Shown piece by piece: positions 20,162-28,718 of a stretch of 64,000 nucleotides of DNA. The stretch is from a virus: IMG/VR virus record IMGVR_UViG_3300025732_000020, positions 71,408 to 135,407 of that record. The stretch is one strand, 5' to 3'. The position numbers were made by a program, and so were the translations under genes. Within the stretch, counting starts at the first letter, position 1. Each line of letters starts with the position of its first letter. The notes below the pieces were generated by a model. The model saw nothing but the letters and a program-made list of their open reading frames with translations, searched no databases and was not told the DNA's origin.

Positions 20162-23100
20162 GTGTCTAGTCTGTATCGGTGCAAAGCTAGAGTAGCCTAT
20201 AAGCCTTTCAATTCTGAGAGGCTTATTGTCTTCGAGGAAAAACAAATCCAAGAGCTAAATGTAAAGCTCAAATGGAATAATTCTTTTTCCTCAATGAATT
20301 CACAAGGTGCCGATTCGGCAGGCACCTACACATCTGCAATAAGTCAATCAACCTGCCAGGTTACCATCTCCGATCCGTACTTAACCGGGGCGGCCTGGCC
20401 TGCTTTATTTGACGCTGCTTCAATGTGGTCAGCGTCTAATACAGCTCAAACAAATAACATTATTTTACCTCCCTGCGGTAAGGATCAAGATCCAGTAAGA
20501 GATAAGTGTTTTAACTATGGATCGATAGATGATTCAGCACTTGTTAATTCTGACGGGTCCTCCAGAGAACTATCAAGTACCTTTGCACATATCATAATTT
20601 CGCTATGGTACGAGGTAAATGGCACGTCATTTGGCTCTGATTATTACTTCAGGGTAAATAGAATTAGTATTAATCACGGAGCTAACTTCCCGTCTGTGAC
20701 TTTGGCGGGAACTGATCCTAAAAGTGTAGTCTTCAACCAAAACCTTATCAACGTTAAGTTTGATGAGGGGATGTCAGTTGAAGAGGCATTAAAGAAAATT
20801 GCTGAGGAAACCGGATATAAAGCTAGTTTCTGTGTTCCTCCAGGTGGAAAAACAACTGATCCATATATCCTCCCAAGATCATTAATCTACAAAGGCGTTA
20901 CTCCTGATGAGGCAATGAAAAAACTCATCGGGGCTACTGGCGGCGCAATGCTCTCCCTCCCCATAAAAGAACACGGGAATACCGTAAGTATTTGCACTCG
21001 TGGAGACCAGGTGGGAAGCTGCACAGTATTTTACCTTGGTAAGGGTCTCTATGAATCGTATCAGATTGACGGAGAGCCCCCTGCCACATTTGCTCTAAGA
21101 AATACTCAGAATGGCGCCAGCATTAACAACGGAGATCCATACGTCTCCGCAAGTTTTGCCGCAGAAAAATACTCCCTAAAGGAAGTAATTAAGCAAAAAA
21201 GAATTAAGGCACTTGAGAAAGTAAAAAAAGTCACTTTCCCAGATCTCTTCAAACCTTGTGAAAAGAGGTGTCAAGGGCCACTTAAGACCGGATATGGATG
21301 GACCGGAGCAGGTCCTAATGTAGAAAATAAAAGATACACGGATGTAAACTTTTATGGCATTGCTCCTAATGGTACCCAAGCGATTTCTTATCTCCCAGGT
21401 AAGGTAGAAAGTGCCTCGGAAGAGGAGGGGAAGGTAGTTGTTAAGACTGAGTTTTGGTTACAGATTTGTAAAGATGATAAGTCAGAGAAGTGTTTCGGTC
21501 GGTATGTATACCAAGAGTCTACCAATCTTTCCAAGGTAAAAGTAAAACGAGGTGATGAAGTAAAAGTTTCACAGGAGATCGGTTCATCGGAGAGTAATAA
21601 AAAAGAACTAGTTAGGTTTTATGTACTTGGTCATACTAACGAGTATACCACTCTAGATCCTCAACTTATTTGGAATTGGGCATCTCCTGCTGAGACTGCC
21701 GCGGACTTCCAAAACAAAAATGCTCCCACTGGACCCGGTAATAGCGTAGTAACTCCTGCGCCTAAACAATCCCTCAAAGACTGGAAAGCAACTACAACTG
21801 CTAAACCTAATAAGGTCTTATTGATGGCTGGCCACGCCGATTTTCCATCAGGTGCGCCTAATGAAAGAGAGTTAAATATAGAACTAGTAAAATGGGCGCA
21901 ACGTAATGCCCAGGCATATGGCATCTCTGATTACATTGAGGTGTATCTACCCTCCTCATCAAATCTACCAGAGAATGATCCACGTTCTCAATTTAGCAAA
22001 ACTTCTCAGGCAGCAAGTGCTGGCAAACAGGTAATTGAAATCCACAATGATGCTGCTTCAGGGCATAGTGGGGTAATACCACCAACAGGGGGAAAAAGAA
22101 TCTGGCAATTAGACGATGCCCTTGCATCATCATATGGATCCTTTAGTGTCAACCACCGAGATGGATTAGGCGTTCCTAAGAGAGGAGGAACAATACTCGA
22201 GGTAGGTAGGATGGACGGAGGAACTACGAGAGTATTTACTTCTGGTACTCCTGCTCAAAAGGAGGCATTATATAAGCAACTTATGGATCCCGTAATGAGA
22301 TCTATAGCTCAGGAAAAAGCTCGGAATGCTGGAACTGCCACTCCTTCCCCACAACCTACTCAAGGGCCTAATGGATCTGGGGGATTTGATGGATTTGTTG
22401 GTAAAGTAGGTGATACCGGTAACTCCTATGGATCACACGTTCATGTCGAAGCAGTTCCAAGGAATTCTGTTACAGAAACAGAATTAGATAGTCTAGTATC
22501 CAAATATGTAAAATTTGCTGGTAAGTCTAGGGGAAGAGGATTTAGTGGGCATGGATATCCTGGTATTGATTACCCGGCCCCAGAAGGAACGCCAATATAC
22601 ATAATTGGCGGAGCGTCCGTTTCCCAGATAGAGAGTACTGGTTGTACTAATGGAGATAAACGTTGTGGCGGTGGATTTGGTAATAGTCTTCTTATTAAAA
22701 CTCCAGAAGGAAAAGTACTTAGATTGGCTCACCTTCAAGGTAAATCGATCCCTCCTAATCTACCCGGTCTAACAAGTTCTGACTCAGGTGGTAATACAGA
22801 ACCAACTATTGCTACTGCCCCGTCAAATAAAGCTTTGACTATTGAGACTTCTTTTAAGGGAGTACCACGTGCCCTGCGAATCACCCCAGGGCGGACTGTG
22901 TTGTCTTTCGTTACTGACTACGACAAATGGCTCGATAATGGAGGGCCGCGTGGCCAAGATCCATCCACAGACCCCGGCGTCTGGATACCTTCAAGGTTTA
23001 GGAACTGGTTTGTAGGGGAAGTGGATTTTGTTTGGAGGCAAGGGGACCTAAGAGTTAACATCGAGGCAAGTAACGCCTGGGGTAATAGTGTCATCTCAGC

Positions 23101-23800
23101 TCCGACATTCTCAGAATATCTCCAAGGGAAGAAAGGCGCCGGGGAGTTTGAAAAAACTAATGATTACTATGGATACATAAGATCCATTGGCGATCTATGT
23201 TTCCCGATTAAGAAGGAAGATGGGAAATTGAGCGACTCGTGCAAAGAAAATTGTAGAGAGGCCCAAGAGTTTTACAAGAAGTATGGTTCTGGTACTCAAG
23301 AGGATACTGGAGCAAACGGTTCCTCTGGGTCGTTCCCCGCTGCAAATTGTAAGACAGGAGATCCAAAAAAGGACGCTATTATAAATGCCCTCTATTCTGC
23401 AGGTTTAAAAACCCCTAACGCACTTGCTGGGGCACTTGGTAACCTCCAGGCAGAAAGTGGATTTGATCATAATGTTCATAATACTTCCAAGCAAGGAACT
23501 ACTTGTGTTACAGTATCTGGAGTACCAGAAAAGTGTTATGGGTTGGTTCAATGGGGAGGTTCCCGTAAAACAGAAATTATTGCCAAATGTGGCCAAACAA
23601 GCACATTACAATGTCAGCTTGAGTTCATGGTACAGGAAGTGAAAAAGAGAGGTGGGGGTGTGGTAGAAGGTATGAATAGTGCTTCGAGTGCATCAGCAGC
23701 GGCTGAAATATGGAGAACAAAATACGAAGTTGGTAGTGGAGGAATAGCGGAAAGGCAACAATATGCTGAACAGATAGTTAAAACTATTACGTGCGGATAA
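20162..23800 (+). CDS. Baseplate hub / tail-associated multi-domain peptidoglycan hydrolase (gpD-like N-terminus, amidase_3, M23-like, tail lysozyme)
   Basis: Amidase motifs KVLLMAGHAD and IEIHNDA; M23 motifs GDTGNSYGSHVH, PGIDY, GGGFGNSLL, LAHL; lysozyme motifs ALAGALGNLQAESG, GLVQW, QLEFMVQE; N-terminal QVTISDP and SVEEALKKIAEE resemble late-control D hub proteins. Confidence 0.75.
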   Translation: MSSLYRCKARVAYKPFNSERLIVFEEKQIQELNVKLKWNNSFSSMNSQGADSAGTYTSAISQSTCQVTISDPYLTGAAWPALFDAASMWSASNTAQTNNIILPPCGKDQDPVRDKCFNYGSIDDSALVNSDGSSRELSSTFAHIIISLWYEVNGTSFGSDYYFRVNRISINHGANFPSVTLAGTDPKSVVFNQNLINVKFDEGMSVEEALKKIAEETGYKASFCVPPGGKTTDPYILPRSLIYKGVTPDEAMKKLIGATGGAMLSLPIKEHGNTVSICTRGDQVGSCTVFYLGKGLYESYQIDGEPPATFALRNTQNGASINNGDPYVSASFAAEKYSLKEVIKQKRIKALEKVKKVTFPDLFKPCEKRCQGPLKTGYGWTGAGPNVENKRYTDVNFYGIAPNGTQAISYLPGKVESASEEEGKVVVKTEFWLQICKDDKSEKCFGRYVYQESTNLSKVKVKRGDEVKVSQEIGSSESNKKELVRFYVLGHTNEYTTLDPQLIWNWASPAETAADFQNKNAPTGPGNSVVTPAPKQSLKDWKATTTAKPNKVLLMAGHADFPSGAPNERELNIELVKWAQRNAQAYGISDYIEVYLPSSSNLPENDPRSQFSKTSQAASAGKQVIEIHNDAASGHSGVIPPTGGKRIWQLDDALASSYGSFSVNHRDGLGVPKRGGTILEVGRMDGGTTRVFTSGTPAQKEALYKQLMDPVMRSIAQEKARNAGTATPSPQPTQGPNGSGGFDGFVGKVGDTGNSYGSHVHVEAVPRNSVTETELDSLVSKYVKFAGKSRGRGFSGHGYPGIDYPAPEGTPIYIIGGASVSQIESTGCTNGDKRCGGGFGNSLLIKTPEGKVLRLAHLQGKSIPPNLPGLTSSDSGGNTEPTIATAPSNKALTIETSFKGVPRALRITPGRTVLSFVTDYDKWLDNGGPRGQDPSTDPGVWIPSRFRNWFVGEVDFVWRQGDLRVNIEASNAWGNSVISAPTFSEYLQGKKGAGEFEKTNDYYGYIRSIGDLCFPIKKEDGKLSDSCKENCREAQEFYKKYGSGTQEDTGANGSSGSFPAANCKTGDPKKDAIINALYSAGLKTPNALAGALGNLQAESGFDHNVHNTSKQGTTCVTVSGVPEKCYGLVQWGGSRKTEIIAKCGQTSTLQCQLEFMVQEVKKRGGGVVEGMNSASSASAAAEIWRTKYEVGSGGIAERQQYAEQIVKTITCG

Positions 23801-24484
23801 ATGATACCAGCAGTAATAGCCAGCGGGATAATGGCGGCGGTTTTAAACTCCGCCAAGAAGCAATTACTTGAGACTGCTAAGTCCCAACTAATTAAGTCAC
23901 AAAAAGAGGCTTTAAGAAAAGACCTACTCGCTAAAGTCTCCCAGCAATACACCCGCGAAGCTGAACACAACTTTAGTCAGTATATCAGAGCTCTCGAATC
24001 AGCTCAGGTGGAGGTAAGCTTTGAAGGAAAACCTGGTGAGGCTTTCATTACGAGAGCGCAGTCTGCAGTCAGAGAATTAGAGAGCTATATTGACAAACAG
24101 AACCCCGACGGCGCAGTTATCCAATTCCTTAAAAAACGATACAATGAGGAGGGAATTAATATAATCACCGGGAGATTGTACGCAGGTCATCTTGTAAATA
24201 AAAAATCTCAAGGGGTCTATGAGATAGCAAACAAGATGGGTTATGCCGCTCCAGTGGATAAAAGAAAGCCTTGGTTGTCTAGCGAGAAGACAACTCAAGG
24301 GATCGAAGAGATGATGGCAAATGCCGCTCAAGAGATTTTTGAACTTAGTTTTGAAGACCTTGATTTGAGTTCTGACTTTGCTTTATTAAAGTTTACTCCT
24401 GGAGGCACTGGATTTAAACCCTCGCAAAAAATGTCCAACAAACCTCCCACTAAAAAATCTAGTAAGAAGAAAAAACGGAAGTAA
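23801..24484 (+). CDS. Hypothetical protein, possibly HK97 gp10 / Mu gpG-like virion morphogenesis protein
   Basis: IITGRLYAGH...EIANKMGYAAPV resembles the TGxL...YA motif; basic C-terminus. Confidence 0.35.
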   Translation: MIPAVIASGIMAAVLNSAKKQLLETAKSQLIKSQKEALRKDLLAKVSQQYTREAEHNFSQYIRALESAQVEVSFEGKPGEAFITRAQSAVRELESYIDKQNPDGAVIQFLKKRYNEEGINIITGRLYAGHLVNKKSQGVYEIANKMGYAAPVDKRKPWLSSEKTTQGIEEMMANAAQEIFELSFEDLDLSSDFALLKFTPGGTGFKPSQKMSNKPPTKKSSKKKKRK

Positions 24485-24485
24485 C

Positions 24486-25184
24486 TTATCCGTAGTACTT
24501 TGATCCCTTTTCGAGATTAGCCTTAGCACTTAGGGCTTGGAGTCTAGCATTGATGGCATGGTAGTCAAACCAACTCTCAGCAAGAGACGTGTCTTTAAAA
24601 TAACACTTAGTCCCACGGCAATACACATCTATCCTTTCAAGATCAACCTTTTCCTCCCTGCACCATTCCTCAACAAGGCTCTTAAATGGGTAAGAATGGT
24701 CAATATGAAACTCCCCGGCATTAATAAATACCCCATGAATAGGGCATCTCATGGGTTTCCTTTTAAGCTGGCGATTTACACTTAGTCTAAATGTTTTAAT
24801 TTGTGGCTCGATGATTTGTCTCATAGCCACCAAAACATCCATTTTATTCTGCTTGTACTCAGGAATTGGTTTGACTCTAGGGAAAAGTTCGTCTGTGACC
24901 TTGCCTTTTCCCAGCCAAATTTCCCTCTTCGACCGAGAAGTTACCATGACAACGCCTCTTACAGCTTTGCCTTGGAACTTTTTATTTCGTATTTTATACT
25001 TAACTTCCCCGCGGTCCTTAATTACTTTCCACTTAGGGATTAACTCTATTACACTATCTAAGAAGTCTTTATCGTTGTCTTTTACAAAGTAGTTGCATTC
25101 TGTTCCACTGACAACTTCTGTCCACTTTTTTTCAAAGGCTCCCTTCGTGTATTCATTACCTTTGATGGATATGACGCGTCGCAT
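24486..25184 (-). CDS. HNH-like (His-Me finger) nuclease with possible DCL/DUF3223-like N-terminal region
   Basis: CPIHG...FHIDHSYPFKSLV...WFDYH...LQALSAKANLEKG. Confidence 0.45.
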   Translation of the reverse strand: MRRVISIKGNEYTKGAFEKKWTEVVSGTECNYFVKDNDKDFLDSVIELIPKWKVIKDRGEVKYKIRNKKFQGKAVRGVVMVTSRSKREIWLGKGKVTDELFPRVKPIPEYKQNKMDVLVAMRQIIEPQIKTFRLSVNRQLKRKPMRCPIHGVFINAGEFHIDHSYPFKSLVEEWCREEKVDLERIDVYCRGTKCYFKDTSLAESWFDYHAINARLQALSAKANLEKGSKYYG

Positions 25185-25867
25185 AGGATAAACTCAATAA
25201 GTTGTTCTGAATATTTTTTAATATCATCCGCATTTTTAAGATGGGGATTTTTACGGACAATTGTTGATACCGATCTTTTCTTAACAAGGTAATCCATGAG
25301 AAAAGTCTCGTCAACTGGATCTAAATCAGTAATCTTATGGAGAAGGTCGCGATGGCTCATCATGAAATCCCCCATTGTCATTTCTGACTCATACTCTGGC
25401 TCAATAATGTTACAGTATTCGGTGACAGGAGAAAAACTCATAGCAAATGCTTGGCGAACTGCTCGGATTTTTTTCACAGGGACCTGGATTTTTTCTGCAA
25501 TCTGCTCATCGGAGATGTCTGGATCAGCAATTGTATATTTGCGGATCTTAAGATACAAATCGGAGTAGGAACGCGGGATTTTAACTAGTCGGGAATTATC
25601 TCGTAGGTAATTCAGCATATGAAACTGCAGACACCTATTCACCCAGGTAGAGAAGTTGGCGCCCTTACTCTGGTCCCAAGAATCGTAAATTTTTACTATA
25701 TACTCAAGAGCAGCGTCCCTAAGCTCCTCATAGGGCAATCCAGTAAATGAGGAGATTTTTCTGGCAACTTGAGAAGCCTTCCACATCTGTGATATAATTT
25801 GCTCATCGCGTTCAGACTGCCTTTTCCGCGACTTGCGTTTTTCCTGCTTTTCGGGTTCTATACTCAT
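25082..25867 (-). CDS. Phage RNA polymerase sigma factor (sigma70 family, SigF/SigB-like)
   Basis: Region 2 EELRDAALEYIVKIYDSWDQSKGANFSTW...MLNYLRDNSRLVKIPRS; region 3 PDISDEQIAEKIQVP; region 4 degenerate. Confidence 0.85.
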   Translation of the reverse strand: MSIEPEKQEKRKSRKRQSERDEQIISQMWKASQVARKISSFTGLPYEELRDAALEYIVKIYDSWDQSKGANFSTWVNRCLQFHMLNYLRDNSRLVKIPRSYSDLYLKIRKYTIADPDISDEQIAEKIQVPVKKIRAVRQAFAMSFSPVTEYCNIIEPEYESEMTMGDFMMSHRDLLHKITDLDPVDETFLMDYLVKKRSVSTIVRKNPHLKNADDIKKYSEQLIEFILCDASYPSKVMNTRREPLKKSGQKLSVEQNATTL

Positions 25868-26181
25868 GAGTTTTCAACTGCTCCGATGATAAAGTCTTTG
25901 AGTTGGGACTTTGCCAAAATTCCGTCAGTGTTAAGTCCTAGGAGGCTTGAGTCCTCTCCAAATACAGCGAAGTTTGGAGTCCCATCACAATCAATCTGGT
26001 CGCAAAATGCCCAGTCATCAGTGGTAACGTCCCATTCCCCAAATCCAATGGCAAAATGTGGATATTCTTCGGCTAGTTCATTAGCTGTTTCTGCCCAGAC
26101 TGGCTTCATTGCGTTACACGCAGCACATCCAGGTTGGTGGAAGAAAACAACTCTATGTTTAAATTGTTGTTGATCAGACAT
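25864..26181 (-). CDS. Thioredoxin-like protein
   Basis: VVFFHQPGCAACNAMKPVW (CxxC) and cis-Pro motif DGTPNF; TGGTATAAT on minus strand at 26212-26220. Confidence 0.85.
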   Translation of the reverse strand: MSDQQQFKHRVVFFHQPGCAACNAMKPVWAETANELAEEYPHFAIGFGEWDVTTDDWAFCDQIDCDGTPNFAVFGEDSSLLGLNTDGILAKSQLKDFIIGAVENS

Positions 26182-26220
26182 AATTGTATCCTTGCAAGTA
26201 ATACGCTATGTATTATACCA

Positions 26221-27834
26221 TTAGAGGTATCGTGTTGCAGACGATTTAGGGTTGGTATTAGTAACTATTTTTCCAATATCACTAGAGGCACGGCGGGACC
26301 CGCCTCTATAAAACGGATCATGGACCAAGCGAGGAAGTTTCTGCCTATCTCCGCCATGAACTGTCCTTCCACCCATGATCTCATCGCGATAGACGGTAAT
26401 GCCATAGACAAAAGCATCGACAAAGTCATCGTTTTTGATATATGGGAAAGATGTCAACTCAGACATCCTCTCCCCTAGGTTAGGAAGGTTTTCGTATAGG
26501 GAGACTAGATTGTCCTCGACAAGGGGGGCAATAGCATTGGCCCTAAGTACTTTATCCTTATTAGGTACTAATTCTTTAATCGAGATATTTATAGTCCGCT
26601 TAAGTGTTTGGATGAGAGGGACACCTTGTGCTCTACCTTCGATGTATATACATCTAATCTTCCAGGTCTTTACCAACTGTGGGAAAATCTTCTCAAGATC
26701 TGGGAACTCCATTCGCTCAAGAATATAGTGAACTAAATGTAATTTACTTTCTCGTTTATCATATCCCCAAATACAAATGGCCGTAAAGTCATTCATACGA
26801 TCGGCCTTATACGCCGTGTCAATGGTGGCATAGATATAAGAATACTTGCCTTTATTCTTACTATGGTACTCAAACCAGTGTTCTTTAAATATGGCCCCTT
26901 GTTCACCCGCCGGCCTTCCTTGATATAGAGAGTTAAAGTCTTTATCACCAATGGATTTTTTAATTGCCTCAAGGTTCTCTACGGGGAAGAACTCTGGCCA
27001 ATGAGACTGACCCAACTCTCTCCCCAGTACATCGTTCTCTTCATCGACGCATAGAGCTGGAACATTGAGTTCCCTCCAGCCTTCGGGGTCGGCTTTCAAC
27101 AACCTGCCAATAACATCATCGACATGGAACCTCGTGCCCATGGAAATGATGGCGTTGTTAGGAAGACCACGAGTGAGAAACTGTGCCTGTGTCCAAGCAA
27201 ATGTGCTCTCCATAACCGTCAATGAGTTACCATCCGCCAGAAGGTCATCAAGAATTCCAACTCCAGGCAACTCATCATCACTAATCACTCCGAAGCCAAA
27301 GCCGGTAACACTGCCGCCCGCCGAGGCAATTTTAATCAATCCGCCATTGCCATTACGGATGGCACTAAGATTACACTTATCTTTATCAATCTCACACTCG
27401 GGGAACAACCATTTAAAACTCTCATGAGAGACATACTCAATAACAGCTCTGGAGTTCTCATTAGTGAGTTGAAGAGCATATGAACTCATGATAAATTGAG
27501 CGGTAGGACTACGACCCATTTGCCAAGATGGGAATACCTTGGAGATGAGTAGAGACTTCCCAGTACGAGGAGGAAGGGAAATTGCACTTTGCTTATATTC
27601 CTTTTCTCCGTCACCGATCCTCTGCAGGAAGTTACCAATCACCTCATGGACTTTAAAGGGTTGGAACTTACCAGCAATAGGCACTTCAGATGTAATAAAT
27701 CTGGCATATGTTAAAAAATCTGTTCGGCATTTTAGCCTGAGGAGTTCTTGCTTATCCGACGGAGAAAGAGAAGCAAGATTAGCCTCCATTTCTTTAACTA
27801 ATTTTTTTTCTAATTTTACCTGAGATTTATTCAT
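26221..27834 (-). CDS. terL: Terminase large subunit
   Basis: ISLPPRTGKS Walker A, GILDD Walker B, MGTRFHVDD, IDTAY...NDFTA, YIEGRAQG, DDFVDA nuclease motif; ATG at 27834 forms an ATGA overlap with the stop of the upstream HNH gene. Confidence 0.92.
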   Translation of the reverse strand: MNKSQVKLEKKLVKEMEANLASLSPSDKQELLRLKCRTDFLTYARFITSEVPIAGKFQPFKVHEVIGNFLQRIGDGEKEYKQSAISLPPRTGKSLLISKVFPSWQMGRSPTAQFIMSSYALQLTNENSRAVIEYVSHESFKWLFPECEIDKDKCNLSAIRNGNGGLIKIASAGGSVTGFGFGVISDDELPGVGILDDLLADGNSLTVMESTFAWTQAQFLTRGLPNNAIISMGTRFHVDDVIGRLLKADPEGWRELNVPALCVDEENDVLGRELGQSHWPEFFPVENLEAIKKSIGDKDFNSLYQGRPAGEQGAIFKEHWFEYHSKNKGKYSYIYATIDTAYKADRMNDFTAICIWGYDKRESKLHLVHYILERMEFPDLEKIFPQLVKTWKIRCIYIEGRAQGVPLIQTLKRTINISIKELVPNKDKVLRANAIAPLVEDNLVSLYENLPNLGERMSELTSFPYIKNDDFVDAFVYGITVYRDEIMGGRTVHGGDRQKLPRLVHDPFYRGGSRRASSDIGKIVTNTNPKSSATRYL

Positions 27835-28673
27835 TCTGATATTCTCCAACCTTTATGTTGTTTTAATTTCCCACTATTTACTCTAGATAAATGGGCTTTG
27901 TTTAGTTTTAAATTTGGATATAAATTACTCAATTCCGTTATTTTTGCTTCAACTATTCCGTACTCTTCATGATACCATTTTATCTTTTTTTCTTTAAAAT
28001 CTATTCTCCTCCATCCTCTATGCTGATTTCTTTTTCCATTATGTACAGCCCTAAGATATGAATCATCTAAGTTCATATCTTTGTATATTTTTTTCATTTC
28101 AAATATACTTCCTTTATATACTCCGTGTATGTCATGGACAAATATGTATTCTGTTCGTTTTAAATGAGTTTTATTACTTACCTTCCTAGAAGTTTCTAGG
28201 TCTTTACACCATCCCTTATGATGAGTCCTTCTACCAGAAGAAACTAAATATAATAATGAGAAAGTTAATTCTGGATGTTTTTTACAAAGTTCTTCTATTG
28301 AACCCGTAAATTTACCATATTTATTGTGATAAAATGTTCTTATAGTTTTTCTTTTACTTTTTAAATGTTCTATATATTTATTTCTAATTTTTTCATAGTC
28401 TTTGGATCTTTTTATATTTAGTCTATTCGATAAGAAGAAAAAAGCTATCAAAGATTTTGTTGTTCTAGGATGCAAATTTCCGTGTCTTTTACTAAAATAT
28501 TTATATAATAATTTATGACATAAGAAATGTTCCCTAGTAGTTAAAGAAACTATAAAATTATTTTTTACTATACTTTTTGGTATAATATGATGTTTTTCGC
28601 AAAAATTATTGGGACATTTATTTCTAGATAATGCCTTTCTTATAATATTAAAGTAAGTCTTTCTATAATTCAT
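27831..28673 (-). CDS. Free-standing HNH homing endonuclease with three C-terminal DNA-binding repeats
   Basis: CEKHHIIPKS...LTTREHFLCHKLL (T4 Mob-like HNH); three ~45 aa repeats ending H(K/R)GW; visibly more AT-rich than its neighbours. Confidence 0.8.
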   Translation of the reverse strand: MNYRKTYFNIIRKALSRNKCPNNFCEKHHIIPKSIVKNNFIVSLTTREHFLCHKLLYKYFSKRHGNLHPRTTKSLIAFFFLSNRLNIKRSKDYEKIRNKYIEHLKSKRKTIRTFYHNKYGKFTGSIEELCKKHPELTFSLLYLVSSGRRTHHKGWCKDLETSRKVSNKTHLKRTEYIFVHDIHGVYKGSIFEMKKIYKDMNLDDSYLRAVHNGKRNQHRGWRRIDFKEKKIKWYHEEYGIVEAKITELSNLYPNLKLNKAHLSRVNSGKLKQHKGWRISE

Positions 28674-28718
28674 AACTTACTTTAAACTAAAAAGTTTCAA
28701 AACATGGTTCAAATTTGT

